Below, piece after piece: positions 10,348 through 20,120 of a DNA stretch of 32,000 nucleotides (positions are counted from its first letter, which is position 1; the number at the start of each line of letters is the position of its first letter). This DNA is from Propionibacteriaceae bacterium (GTDB lineage: Bacteria; Actinomycetota; Actinomycetes; Propionibacteriales; Propionibacteriaceae). Under the pieces are notes generated by a model that did not search any database, was not told the DNA's origin, and saw only the letters and a program-made list of their open reading frames with translations. The DNA is taken from the NCBI GenBank assembly GCA_031256725.1, contig JAIRQE010000018.1, positions 60,001 through 92,000 on the forward strand. Direction: 5' to 3'. The position numbers were made by a program, and so were the translations under genes.

Positions 10348-12546
10348 ATGGTGGTACCAATGGATTGGAAGACGAAGGCTTTTAAGGAGTTGGCGACTCC
10401 ACTGGATCGTGTACTTGGTGGGGAGACAGCCAAAGCATTTCGTGGGCTGAACTGCGAAACTTTGGGGGATTTGCTGCGGTTGCTTCCACGACATTTGATG
10501 TCTGGTACAGATCTGACCGATTTGAAGGCGTTGATTTCCTCAAGCCGGGGTTCTGAAGAGTACGTCGCCATCATGGCTCAGGTGGAAAGCGTTCATCGGC
10601 GGGGTACCTCCCCCAAGGAGCGCCTTGAGGTGAGGCTCAGCGATGGGTTTGGGGGATACATCACCGCGACTTTTTTTGGGCAAACTCGCCACATCACCTA
10701 CTGGGAAAACATTCTCACGAACTATGAGCGGGGAATTTTTGCTGGGAAGATCTCATGGTTCAGAGATGCACCCCAGCTTGCTCATCCAGGTTTTGTCATG
10801 ATCGGGAAAGACGAGTTCATCGGCTCAGAGGCAAACAAGAAGATGGCTGCCCGAGTGGGGAAGAGTACCTTCATCGGTCTCTATCCTCAGACCTCCAAGT
10901 TGCCCACGTGGACTGTGGCGGAATCCATCGACATAGGATTGGCATCCATCCAGGGGATTGAGGATCCCCTACCACAGTGGGTTCGTACCACTGCCCAGGT
11001 TCCTGAACTCACGCAAGCTTTCGCCGCAGTTCATCAACCCACCACACAACAGACTTATGACCTTGGTGTGAAGAGACTCAGATTCGATGAGGCTTTCGCG
11101 GCTCAGGTTGCTATGGCCTATAGGCGGGCTGATTTATCCATGCACACTGCCGTACCACGTACCCGCCTTTCGGGAGGGCTTGTGGATGCTCTGGATGCTC
11201 GATTGCCGTTCACCTTGACCTCAGAGCAGGTCGCAATCTGTGAGGATATTGCTAAGGATCTGGAGAGGACCCGCCCCATGCAGCGTCTTCTTCAAGGGGA
11301 GGTGGGTTCTGGGAAGACCATCGTGGCACTCAGATCCATGTTGAGAGTTGTGGATTCGGGAGGTCAGGCGGTACTCCTTGCGCCCACTGAGGTACTCGCC
11401 CAACAGCATGCTTATACGATCACCCATCTTATGGGGGATCTCGCTTCAGGAGCTCTCCTATCGGGGGGAGCAGGCACGGATCTCGTTCTTCTTACTGGGT
11501 CTATGACTGCGTCAACCAAGGGGGAGGCTCTGGAGCGTATCGCCTCCGGTCAAGCGGGGATCATCATTGGTACCCATGCACTACTTTCCCAAGGGATCAC
11601 CTTCCATGATCTTGGTCTCGTCATCGTTGATGAACAGCACAGATTCGGGGTTGAGCAACGCAATGCGTTAACCGATAAGTCGAGTGCCCGTCCCCATGTA
11701 CTCGTGATGACTGCCACCCCAATTCCCAGATCCGTGGCGATGACCGTCTTTGGGGATCTTGACGTTTCCACGCTGACACGGATTCCTGAGGGGCGCGCGG
11801 AGGTCACGACAACAGTCGTCGACATCAAGGCTCGACCTACCTGGGTAGAGAGAGCTTGGGTCAGGGTACGCGAGGAGGTCGAGAGCGGACGCCAGGTGTA
11901 CATCGTGGCCCCCCGTATTGACCCTTCTGATGGTCGTGAGGGGGCTTCGGTACTTGAGCTTGCCCAGATACTCACTCAGGGGCCTCTGAAGGGGCTCAGA
12001 GTGGGGGTACTTCATGGGAGGCTTCCAGCTTCGGAGAAGACAGCGACTATGGCCAAGTTTTCTGCCCAAGAATTGGATGTACTGCTGGCTACTTCAATGA
12101 TTGAAGTGGGTGTTGATCAGCCGAATGCTTCCATGATGGTGATCTCGGACGCTGAGTGTTTCGGTATCTCCCAACTCCACCAGTTGAGGGGACGTATCGG
12201 TCGTGGATCCCATCCGGGGGTGTGTCTGCTCCTCACGAGCGCAGAAGAGGGCAGTCCTGCCAGAGACAGGATTAACACGGTGGCGAGTACCCGTGACGGA
12301 TTTGCGCTCGCCCAGGCCGACTTGGCTCAAAGACGCGAGGGTGATGTGTTGGGGATGAACCAGTCAGGTCGACGAAGTTCACTTCGGTTATTGAGAGTCC
12401 TGGAACACGCAGACATCATTGACCTGGCGCGTACCGTAGCCGAGAAGGTGGTTGCCGAAGATCCTAACCTCACTGACCCAGGCATTACTGACTATGTGGC
12501 TGAGATTGAGGCGAGGGCTCAGGCAGATCTCGACGAATCTACCTAA
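10348..12546 (+). CDS. recG: ATP-dependent DNA helicase RecG
   Basis: 732 aa. Walker A is GEVGSGKT, the DExH box is VIVDEQHRFG, and TATPIPRS and QLHQLRGRIGRG are also present. The start is uncertain (ATG 10348 vs ATG 10360). Confidence 0.95.
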   Translation: MVVPMDWKTKAFKELATPLDRVLGGETAKAFRGLNCETLGDLLRLLPRHLMSGTDLTDLKALISSSRGSEEYVAIMAQVESVHRRGTSPKERLEVRLSDGFGGYITATFFGQTRHITYWENILTNYERGIFAGKISWFRDAPQLAHPGFVMIGKDEFIGSEANKKMAARVGKSTFIGLYPQTSKLPTWTVAESIDIGLASIQGIEDPLPQWVRTTAQVPELTQAFAAVHQPTTQQTYDLGVKRLRFDEAFAAQVAMAYRRADLSMHTAVPRTRLSGGLVDALDARLPFTLTSEQVAICEDIAKDLERTRPMQRLLQGEVGSGKTIVALRSMLRVVDSGGQAVLLAPTEVLAQQHAYTITHLMGDLASGALLSGGAGTDLVLLTGSMTASTKGEALERIASGQAGIIIGTHALLSQGITFHDLGLVIVDEQHRFGVEQRNALTDKSSARPHVLVMTATPIPRSVAMTVFGDLDVSTLTRIPEGRAEVTTTVVDIKARPTWVERAWVRVREEVESGRQVYIVAPRIDPSDGREGASVLELAQILTQGPLKGLRVGVLHGRLPASEKTATMAKFSAQELDVLLATSMIEVGVDQPNASMMVISDAECFGISQLHQLRGRIGRGSHPGVCLLLTSAEEGSPARDRINTVASTRDGFALAQADLAQRREGDVLGMNQSGRRSSLRLLRVLEHADIIDLARTVAEKVVAEDPNLTDPGITDYVAEIEARAQADLDEST

Positions 12547-12552
12547 ACCCAG

Positions 12553-12981
12553 TCAGCGGTATTTGTCGATCGGATCGAGTCCGAAGAAGAATTTTCTGGC
12601 CGAAAGTTCAGTCACATCGATACGTACGAAGGTGGTCTTCACGGTGGGTACCCAAGGCTTGAGGCCAAGATGCTCCACCTGGGTGATCTCCTCCTCGTCA
12701 GTGATGGGAGCGGCCACACCACGGACTACGACCGAATGACCAGTCATTTCATCCCATTGATCGATCTCGAAGGTCACCTCTGCATGGTTGGTCAGAGCCG
12801 ACAACTTCGTACCATCCGCAGTACGAAAAACCAGGGTCTCACCCTGGACCACATAGTTGATTGGGAAGATTTCAATCCCAGCATCCGCGAGGACTGCAAG
12901 GCGACCAAGACGCTCGCCAGCGAGGAGATCCCACCCCTTGGCCGTCTCGAGAAACATCACAGGTGAGTCGTTGTCTGTCAT
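12553..12981 (-). CDS. Pyridoxamine 5'-phosphate oxidase (PPOX) family FMN-binding protein
   Basis: 142 aa. The pattern LGRLAV....EIFPINYVV.GETLVFRTADGTKL....VTFEID....GHSVVVRG.A is typical of the split-barrel Pyridox_ox_2 family. It is the only minus-strand gene in the first 24 kb. Confidence 0.8.
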   Translation of the reverse strand: MTDNDSPVMFLETAKGWDLLAGERLGRLAVLADAGIEIFPINYVVQGETLVFRTADGTKLSALTNHAEVTFEIDQWDEMTGHSVVVRGVAAPITDEEEITQVEHLGLKPWVPTVKTTFVRIDVTELSARKFFFGLDPIDKYR

Positions 12982-13007
12982 AGGTAGATTCTTTCACGTA
13001 ATCTTGA

Positions 13008-13583
13008 GTGGTGAGCAGGATTATCGCTGGTGCGTTGGCATCCCGGAAATATGTTACGCCATCTGGTACCTCAACCCGCCCGACAACGGACAGGGTTCGT
13101 GAGTCTGTTTTTGGATTCTTAGCCTCGCACTTGGGTGTAGCCGACTGTGACTCTGCAGAACAATTGTCAGGTCTCGCATTCCTGGATCTTTATGCAGGTT
13201 CGGGGGGAGTGGGCCTGGAGGCCTACTCCCGGGGGGCCGAGGTGACATGGGTGGATAAAGCAACGTCAGGAGTCCTCACAAAGAACCTCCAATCATTGTC
13301 AGCCAAGGGCAAAGTCATGGCCTGTGAGGTGATGAAGTTCCTTGCCCGACCCTCAACTCAGTTCGATATTATCTGGATGGACCCCCCTTATGAGATTCCA
13401 AATGCGGACATAGAGGTGATTTTGACAAAAATCATTGAGAGAAATTGGCTAAAATCTGCCGGAATTGTACTTGTGGAACGTTCAGGTCACAGTTCTAGGG
13501 TAGAGTTTTCTGAGAGTTTCCTAAACGTCGGTCAGAGACGATATGGAGACACAATGATTTACTATGCGGAGAAGGGGCCTTAA
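13008..13583 (+). CDS. rsmD: 16S rRNA (guanine966-N2)-methyltransferase RsmD
   Basis: Motifs RIIAG...TRPTTDRVRESVF, LDLYAGSGGVGLEA (SAM binding) and DPPY. The rsmD-coaD synteny is conserved. GTG start; a second GTG at 13011 is also possible. Confidence 0.9.
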   Translation: MVSRIIAGALASRKYVTPSGTSTRPTTDRVRESVFGFLASHLGVADCDSAEQLSGLAFLDLYAGSGGVGLEAYSRGAEVTWVDKATSGVLTKNLQSLSAKGKVMACEVMKFLARPSTQFDIIWMDPPYEIPNADIEVILTKIIERNWLKSAGIVLVERSGHSSRVEFSESFLNVGQRRYGDTMIYYAEKGP

Positions 13584-14066
13584 GTGAAGGAAGTGGTCAA
13601 GGTCGTTGTACCTGGATCCTTCGATCCATTCACCCTAGGGCATCTCGATATCGTGACGCGGGCCGCGCAACTCTTCGATGAGGTCATCGTAGCCGTCGGG
13701 GTCAACATTGGTAAACAGAACATGTTTACGATGGATCACAGGGTCGAGATGGCTCTTGGGGCCGTGAGTAAACTTGATAATGTCAGTGTGGTCCCTATGG
13801 ATGGCCTACTGGTGGACTTCTGCCGCGCACATGGCGCGTCACTAGTCGTACGAGGAGCACGTAGTGGAGCAGATTTTGATGCGGAGTGGGCTATGGCAAC
13901 GATGAACTCGTCGCTGGCCGATGTGGAGACCTTGATTCTTCCTGCCGCAACGACAGTTGGCTTCATCTCCTCGACATTGATACGTTCGGTGGCCCGTGCT
14001 GGGGGCGACGTGGCCGCTTATGTACCAGAAAACGTCTTTGTCTCGATGAATAATAAGGAGTTGTAA
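13584..14066 (+). CDS. coaD: Phosphopantetheine adenylyltransferase
   Basis: Motif PGSFDPFTLGHLDIVTRA (the T/HxGH nucleotidyltransferase motif) plus ISSTLIR near the C-terminus. 160 aa. Confidence 0.95.
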   Translation: MKEVVKVVVPGSFDPFTLGHLDIVTRAAQLFDEVIVAVGVNIGKQNMFTMDHRVEMALGAVSKLDNVSVVPMDGLLVDFCRAHGASLVVRGARSGADFDAEWAMATMNSSLADVETLILPAATTVGFISSTLIRSVARAGGDVAAYVPENVFVSMNNKEL

Positions 14067-14530
14067 TGCTTGAGACTTCCCAGACCGAACGTCGTTTGAG
14101 GGATCTGAAGAGGACTGTCGTCGAAGCACGCGCGGTACCCATGTCTGCTTCGTGCATGATGAACCGTGCTGACACCCTTGCCATTCTAGATGCCATCATC
14201 GCTGGGTTGGAAGAAGACTTTGAGGCACGCAGTTCCGAGGCGACGCCAGGTACCTCCAAACGAGCCTGGGACATCGTCGATCAGACAGAAATTGTTCAGG
14301 AGGCACGTGCCCGGGCAGCTCGCATTGAGGCTAAAGCCAAAGCCGAGCAGGAACAGTTGCTGGCTGAAGCAGATCGCTATGTTGAAACCAGGCTGGCTGC
14401 CTTCGAAGCGGAACTCCAGGTCACCCTGTCTCGTGTGGGTGTGATGAGGGATCGACTCATGAGTCGTGCCAGGGCAGAGGAAGCAGCAAACGAGCCTCAC
14501 ACCACAATCATGCCTCGCTGGAACTTCTAA
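14066..14530 (+). CDS. Coiled-coil protein resembling mycobacterial SepIVA (Rv2927c family, DivIVA-like), short form
   Basis: 154 aa; the start overlaps the coaD stop by 1 nt. The N-terminal block VVEARAVPMSASCMMNRADTLAILDAI and the C-terminal DRYVETRLAAFEAEL resemble my recollection of Rv2927c/SepIVA. The position between coaD and yceD matches that family. An Ala/Glu-rich coiled coil lies in between. Confidence 0.5.
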   Translation: MLETSQTERRLRDLKRTVVEARAVPMSASCMMNRADTLAILDAIIAGLEEDFEARSSEATPGTSKRAWDIVDQTEIVQEARARAARIEAKAKAEQEQLLAEADRYVETRLAAFEAELQVTLSRVGVMRDRLMSRARAEEAANEPHTTIMPRWNF

Positions 14531-14531
14531 G

Positions 14532-15053
14532 ATGTCCGCATTCACTATCAGTCTCGCCACACTGAAGAGGACTGAGGGTGCGGCCAAGTCTTTCACCCTT
14601 GAAGCCGAGTTCCCTGATGAGATTGTCGTTGGGCTGATGACTCTCCCCAAGGGTCGTACCATCCGAGTCCACGGGGATCTTCAAAGTGTTGGAGATGGGG
14701 TCTTGGTTCTTGGCGAAGTTCGCACCACCTTGGATTATCAATGTTCGCGCTGTCTCAAGCAGGGATCCCAGGATTTCCAGATCGATATCCAAGAGCTCTA
14801 TGTCTATCCCGAAAGGGAGGCGGAATACGAGGATGAGGACGTACGCCACATTGATCATGACTCCATTGATTTGGAGGAAGCCGCTCGCGATGCAATCATC
14901 CTCGAACAACCACTTTCGCCGCTATGTACCGAGGAATGTCCAGGGTTATGCCTCATCTGTGGGGTGGATATGAATCAAAATCCGGACCATAACCACGATG
15001 ATGTCGTTGACTCACGTTGGCTCAGCCTCGCTGAATGGGCTAAGATGTCATAG
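14532..15053 (+). CDS. yceD: YceD/DUF177 family protein (large-subunit ribosomal protein L32 accumulation factor-like)
   Basis: ATG at 14532 lies 1 nt after the preceding stop; the track ORF start at 14466 overlaps the upstream gene. The two Cys pairs (CSRC ... CTEECPGLCLICG) and the position immediately upstream of rpmF are diagnostic of DUF177. Confidence 0.88.
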   Translation: MSAFTISLATLKRTEGAAKSFTLEAEFPDEIVVGLMTLPKGRTIRVHGDLQSVGDGVLVLGEVRTTLDYQCSRCLKQGSQDFQIDIQELYVYPEREAEYEDEDVRHIDHDSIDLEEAARDAIILEQPLSPLCTEECPGLCLICGVDMNQNPDHNHDDVVDSRWLSLAEWAKMS

Positions 15054-15098
15054 TTGCCCACCCGTCTGGTGTGGGGTTTGTCAGTTAGGAGAAGACCA

Positions 15099-15290
15099 GT
15101 GGCTGTTCCGAAGCGGAGAATGTCGCGTGCAAATACTCATGCTCGCCGTTCCCAGTGGAAGGCTGAAGTGCCTCAGTTAGTCACCTGCGCCAATCCTGCT
15201 TGTGGTGAGAAGCATCTGCCTCATACGGCATGTCCTTCCTGTGGTCAGTACGGCCCCACCAAGGCTAGGCGACAGGTTCTCCAGGCGTAA
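15099..15290 (+). CDS. rpmF: 50S ribosomal protein L32 (C+ form)
   Basis: GTG 15099 is preceded by AGGAGAAG (15087-15094). The product (M)[21 protein letters not shown]... is canonical L32, with CANPAC and CPSC zinc-ribbon pairs. Confidence 0.93.
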   Translation: MAVPKRRMSRANTHARRSQWKAEVPQLVTCANPACGEKHLPHTACPSCGQYGPTKARRQVLQA

Positions 15291-15298
15291 ACCTCGAT

Positions 15299-15988
15299 GT
15301 GAGCCGCCTTACAGATCTGCTTGAGCAGTTGGGGATTGACATCGACCCCCAACTCATGGATCTTGCCTTCACTCATCGTTCGTGGGCCTACGAAAATGGT
15401 CGCGTGGCGACGAATGAGCGTCTAGAGTTCCTTGGGGATTCGGTACTCGGCGTTATCGTCACTGAACATATTTATCATGTTTACTCGGATCGAACAGAGG
15501 GGCAATTAGCCAAACTTCGATCTGCAGTTGTTTCTGGACAAACCTTGGCCCAAGTCGCGCGTGAACTGGGGGTCGGTTCCGATGTGAAGCTTGGCAAGGG
15601 TGAGATTGCCACTCATGGGGAAGCCAAGGATTCCATACTTGCTGACACTCTGGAAGCCATCATCGGAGCAATACATCTCACCGTTGGTTTTGATGGTGCG
15701 GGGGCTGTTGTTCATTCTTTGCTTGATCCAATCATCGCTCAGGCGTCTCAATTGGGGGCTGCCTTGGACTGGAAATCCAGTTTGCAGGAGTTGATGGCAT
15801 CAATGGATCTGGGGGCACCTGAGTACTCATGCGTAGCATCAGGGCCTGATCACGAACGTACTTTCGCTGCTGAGGTACGTGTTGCTGAACAGGTAGTAGG
15901 GACGGGAATCGCATCAAGTAGACGTGGGGCAGAACAAAAGGCAGCAGAGATGGCATATGGAATCCTGCTGCCAGCAGCAGGAGAGTGA
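15299..15988 (+). CDS. rnc: Ribonuclease III
   Basis: RNase III signature ERLEFLGDSVLG, with a dsRBD at the C-terminus. The rpmF-rnc synteny supports the call. Confidence 0.95.
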   Translation: MSRLTDLLEQLGIDIDPQLMDLAFTHRSWAYENGRVATNERLEFLGDSVLGVIVTEHIYHVYSDRTEGQLAKLRSAVVSGQTLAQVARELGVGSDVKLGKGEIATHGEAKDSILADTLEAIIGAIHLTVGFDGAGAVVHSLLDPIIAQASQLGAALDWKSSLQELMASMDLGAPEYSCVASGPDHERTFAAEVRVAEQVVGTGIASSRRGAEQKAAEMAYGILLPAAGE

Positions 15989-15991
15989 TCC

Positions 15992-16555
15992 ATGATTCGC
16001 AGCTTCATGTCCCAGCATTGGGGCAGCTTTGGTCAGCTTTTTCGTTTCTGTATTGTGGGAGCATCTGGTGTACTCGTCAATATGATCGTAGCCTTGACAG
16101 CCAAGAAAGTCGCACCCCTAATCTGGGAACATGCACAGGTTGAAGAAGTCTTCCTACCCATTCCTGGAACCCCATATAACATTCGCTGGTTCCTTGTTTT
16201 CTCAGTGATTGCTTTTGTGGTCGCCAATCTGTGGAATTATCAACTCAATCGCACCTGGTCTTTCAAATCGGATCGTCATGCTGGTTGGTTGAGAGAGTTC
16301 TTTCCCTTCTTCACCGTGGGGCTTATCGCTCAGGGCTTGGGGATGGTTGTGGAACTGGCTCTGATGCATCCCTACTCTGCGATTGAGCTTCCATCAAGTA
16401 TTTTCGATAATTCGACTGGATTTCGTACCAAGTGGTACTGGGCCCATCTGATTATGATCAGCGTGACAATACCCATCTCTTTCCTCTTAAATAAGTTCTG
16501 GACCTTTCGTTCCATCCGAAATTCGCCCAAGGTCATTACACGAGAAGAGGGGTGA
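15992..16555 (+). CDS. GtrA-like integral membrane protein
   Basis: 187 aa with 4 predicted hydrophobic helices. The N-terminal FRFCIVGASGVLVNMIV and C-terminal FLLNKFWTFR motifs are typical of the GtrA family (PF04138). Confidence 0.75.
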   Translation: MIRSFMSQHWGSFGQLFRFCIVGASGVLVNMIVALTAKKVAPLIWEHAQVEEVFLPIPGTPYNIRWFLVFSVIAFVVANLWNYQLNRTWSFKSDRHAGWLREFFPFFTVGLIAQGLGMVVELALMHPYSAIELPSSIFDNSTGFRTKWYWAHLIMISVTIPISFLLNKFWTFRSIRNSPKVITREEG

Positions 16556-16558
16556 GAC

Positions 16559-19500
16559 ATGTACCTTAAGAAGCTCACCCTGCGCGGGTTCAAATCTTTT
16601 GCATCAACCACGTCGATCAGTCTGGAACCGGGGATCACCTGTGTGGTGGGACCCAATGGTTCAGGAAAATCCAACGTGGTGGATGCCCTTGCCTGGGTCA
16701 TGGGTGAACAGGGTGCCAAGTCTTTGCGTGGTGGTTCTATGGAGGATGTCATCTTCGCTGGTACCTCGTCACGTTCCCCCCTTGGTCGAGCCGAGATTCA
16801 ACTAACGATCGACAACTCTGATGGAGCCTTGCCGATCGATTATTCCGAGGTGACCATCTCACGTACCAAGTTCCGCAATGGTAACTCTGAGTACGCCATC
16901 AATGGTACTCAATGTCGCCTCCTGGATGTGAGGGAACTCCTCTCCGATTCCGGGATTGGCCGGGAGATGCACGTCATCGTTGGGCAGGGGGAACTCGATC
17001 AGATCCTCCAAGCCACTCCGGAAACACGTCGAGGATTCGTGGAAGAAGCAGCAGGGGTACTCAAGCATCGGGAGCGCAAGGAGAAGGCGCTGCGCAAGCT
17101 TGAGGCAACCCAGGTGAACCTTAACCGACTTACAGACCTGATCTCTGAGATCCGGCGACAATTGAAGCCGCTGGGGCGTCAGGCGGAAGTTGCAAAGAGG
17201 GCCTCCCTTGTACAGGCTGATCTCAGGGATGCTAAGGCGAGACTCTTGGCTGATGATCTTTCCCAGGCCCAGCAGGTACTTGTGACGGAAATCGCTGACG
17301 AGCAGAGCATTCGTGCCCGGCGTGAACAGGTGGAAGCCGATCTGACGGCTGCTCGTGTGCTTGAAGATGAATCCAGGGCTGCCATGATTGACAAGGATGC
17401 GGCCTATCGCAAGATCCAGGAAATCTGGTTCTCTTTGTCGGGGGTTGCAGAAAGGGTGAGGTCCACGGTTTCCCTTGCCGAGGAGAGGGTACGCAACGCA
17501 GAAGCCATGCCGTCACCAACACCGAACCCGGATCGTGATCCTGAGACTCTCATGGCCCAGGCTGAAAAGATCCTGGAGGGTGAGGTACGTCTGCGCGAGG
17601 AGATCGCCAAGCGTGAGAAAGCTCTCAGTGAGGCTACCGAGGCCCGAATTGAGGCTGAGGCTATCCATTCTGAGGCCGAGAAGGAGTACACCCACAGGGT
17701 ACGCGCAAGTTCAGATAGACGTGAGGGTCTTGCTCGACTCAATGGTGAGTTGACTTCTGTGAAGGCCCGCATTGAAGCGGGTAATCAGCGTCTGGAAACA
17801 CTCCATAAGGCTCGTACAGAGGCTGAGCTTAAGGCCAAAGAGGCCAGCGACCATGTGCAGGTCGCCGAGGCTGAGGTACCCGATGCTTTAGAGCCCACAC
17901 ACGTGGGTACGCTACGCGACGAAGCCCAGGCAACCCTAGAAGAGGTACGCACCCAGCTTGATTCAGCGAAGACCGCAGTACAGGCAGTAACGGAGGTTCG
18001 TGCGGGACTTCTTGCTCGTAGCGAAGCTCTCACAATGGCCCTCCACACAGATCGGGATGGAGCAACCTGGGTTGCTGAAGAATCAGGGATCTCAGGGGTT
18101 ATGGGCTCTTTGGCGTCCATGGTGAGTGTTGAGGCAGGCTATGACAGGGCTGTGGCGGCTGCATTGGGGGTTGCTGGGGAAGCCATCGTGGTCGCAGACT
18201 ATTCTGCGTCTGTGGGTGCTGTGGATGCCTTGCGGGCCAAGGATCGCGGACGTGCTGGACTGTTGATCACCTCGAAGAAGCCAGCAACCGAGGTACCTGT
18301 CATTGAGGGTGCCCGATCTGTGATCTCTGTACTGAGTGCGGATACTGCTGTGATGAGTTCACTGGCTCACCTGCTTGGATCAACCTATGTGGTGGCTTCC
18401 CTGTCTCAAGCCAAGACTTTGGTGGAGAAATACCCTGAAGCCAGGTTTGTGACGACTGGGGGGGATACAGCTTCGGCTGTTTTCGTAACAGGTGGGTCGG
18501 CCTCCAAGCAGTCTGCAATCCAGATCGGTATTGCTCTATCTGAGGCTGAGAGTCAACTAGCGACCACTACTGATGAGTTGTCGAAAGCCGAGTCCTATCT
18601 TCATGAGGTTCAGGGACTCTATACCCAAGCTCAGGAGGGCCTAGATCAGGCCCAGAAGACCCTGAAAGACGCAGAGGCAGCATATGGGGCAGTCAGTGAG
18701 AAACTGGCGCGTCTCAAACAGATCAGTTTGCTCGCAAACGCGGATCTCGAACGTCTGGGTGAGCAGGTCGAAGCGGCCGAAAAGGAACGTGAAACTGCCA
18801 GTGTTCTTGCTAGTGAACTTGAACAAAGGCTGGTACAGGCAACCGCTACTGAGGAGTCAGAGGAACCCGATTCTTCCAAGGTTGATGAATTGGCTGAGGC
18901 GGCCAAGAGGGCGCGTTCGGCTGAGATGGAAGCACGGCTGGGGTTACGTACTGTCGAAGAGAGGGTGAGATCTCTATCAGGCCAGGCGGAAGCCCTGCGC
19001 AAAACCGCTGATACTGAGAGGGCAGCGCGAGAAGAGGCGGAGAGAAGACGCGAGATCCTTCAGCGTCAAGCCGATGTCGCCCGAGGTACAGCTGAAGTCG
19101 GGCAGTGGCTCTATGATCGTGTCTGCGATTCACAATCCTTGGCTGAACGCGAACGTGAGGCTATGGGACTTGCCCGTACCCAAGCGGAAACCCAGGCCGA
19201 ACATTGCCGAATCCGGGCCCGTGACCTCTCTGCAGAATTGGAAGCCATCGTTGACTCTGTTCACCGCGACGAGTTGGCGTTGGCTCAACAGAAGATGAGG
19301 ATTGACGCTCTTGGGGAGCGTGCCATGGCTGAGGTGGGTATCGACACTGAGACTCTCATGAACCAGTACGGCCCCGATCAGTTGATTCCGGTGGGGGAGC
19401 CTGATCCTGAGACCGGCGAGACCCAGACCATCCCATTTGTACGTGAAGAGCAGATGAAGAGGCTGCGTACCGCGGAACGTGACCTGCAACTCCTGGGTCG

Positions 19501-20092
19501 GATCAACCCCTTGGCCTTGGAGGAGTTTGACGCCATGCAGGAGCGTCATCAGTTCCTCTCGACTCAGTTGGAGGATCTCAAGAAGACTCGCTCGGATCTG
19601 TTGTCGATCGTTGACGATGTGGATTCACGAGTTCAAGAGGTCTTTGCCCAGGCTTATACCGATGTGGAGCGGGAGTTCAAGGACACTTTTGCTCGACTCT
19701 TCCCTGGTGGGGAAGGCCGGTTGGTTCTCACTGAACCGGGTGAATGGCTCACCACCGGAATTGAGGTGGAGGCTCGACCTGCTGGCAAGAATGTGAAGAG
19801 ATTGTCACTGCTGTCTGGTGGGGAAAGATCCCTTGTGGCGGTGTGTTTCCTTGTATCCTTGTTTAAAGCGCGTCCGAGCCCCTTCTATGTACTAGATGAG
19901 GTCGAGGCTGCTTTGGATGATGCCAATGTGGGGCGTCTGCTTGGGGTTTATGAGGAGTTGAGACAGACTTCGCAGCTTGTGGTCATCACCCACCAGAAGA
20001 GGACAATGGAGATTGCTGACACCCTCTATGGGGTGACCATGGGCTCCGATGGTACCTCAACGGTTATCAGCCAGCGACTGCGGGAAGACTGA
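16559..20092 (+). CDS. smc: Chromosome segregation protein SMC
   Basis: 1177 aa. Walker A is GPNGSGKSN. It has long coiled coils and a hinge, and the C-terminal LSGGERSL signature plus Walker B FYVLDEVEAALD. Confidence 0.97.
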   Translation: MYLKKLTLRGFKSFASTTSISLEPGITCVVGPNGSGKSNVVDALAWVMGEQGAKSLRGGSMEDVIFAGTSSRSPLGRAEIQLTIDNSDGALPIDYSEVTISRTKFRNGNSEYAINGTQCRLLDVRELLSDSGIGREMHVIVGQGELDQILQATPETRRGFVEEAAGVLKHRERKEKALRKLEATQVNLNRLTDLISEIRRQLKPLGRQAEVAKRASLVQADLRDAKARLLADDLSQAQQVLVTEIADEQSIRARREQVEADLTAARVLEDESRAAMIDKDAAYRKIQEIWFSLSGVAERVRSTVSLAEERVRNAEAMPSPTPNPDRDPETLMAQAEKILEGEVRLREEIAKREKALSEATEARIEAEAIHSEAEKEYTHRVRASSDRREGLARLNGELTSVKARIEAGNQRLETLHKARTEAELKAKEASDHVQVAEAEVPDALEPTHVGTLRDEAQATLEEVRTQLDSAKTAVQAVTEVRAGLLARSEALTMALHTDRDGATWVAEESGISGVMGSLASMVSVEAGYDRAVAAALGVAGEAIVVADYSASVGAVDALRAKDRGRAGLLITSKKPATEVPVIEGARSVISVLSADTAVMSSLAHLLGSTYVVASLSQAKTLVEKYPEARFVTTGGDTASAVFVTGGSASKQSAIQIGIALSEAESQLATTTDELSKAESYLHEVQGLYTQAQEGLDQAQKTLKDAEAAYGAVSEKLARLKQISLLANADLERLGEQVEAAEKERETASVLASELEQRLVQATATEESEEPDSSKVDELAEAAKRARSAEMEARLGLRTVEERVRSLSGQAEALRKTADTERAAREEAERRREILQRQADVARGTAEVGQWLYDRVCDSQSLAEREREAMGLARTQAETQAEHCRIRARDLSAELEAIVDSVHRDELALAQQKMRIDALGERAMAEVGIDTETLMNQYGPDQLIPVGEPDPETGETQTIPFVREEQMKRLRTAERDLQLLGRINPLALEEFDAMQERHQFLSTQLEDLKKTRSDLLSIVDDVDSRVQEVFAQAYTDVEREFKDTFARLFPGGEGRLVLTEPGEWLTTGIEVEARPAGKNVKRLSLLSGGERSLVAVCFLVSLFKARPSPFYVLDEVEAALDDANVGRLLGVYEELRQTSQLVVITHQKRTMEIADTLYGVTMGSDGTSTVISQRLRED

Positions 20093-20120
20093 TACGAGCG
20101 CTATCGCGTAGAATACCGGG

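Noticed and set aside
12991-13000. TTTCACGT, reminiscent of a parS half-site (TGTTTCACGTGAAACA), near the rsmD start
   Set aside because: Only one half matches and the right half (AATCTTGA) does not. It is not a palindrome.
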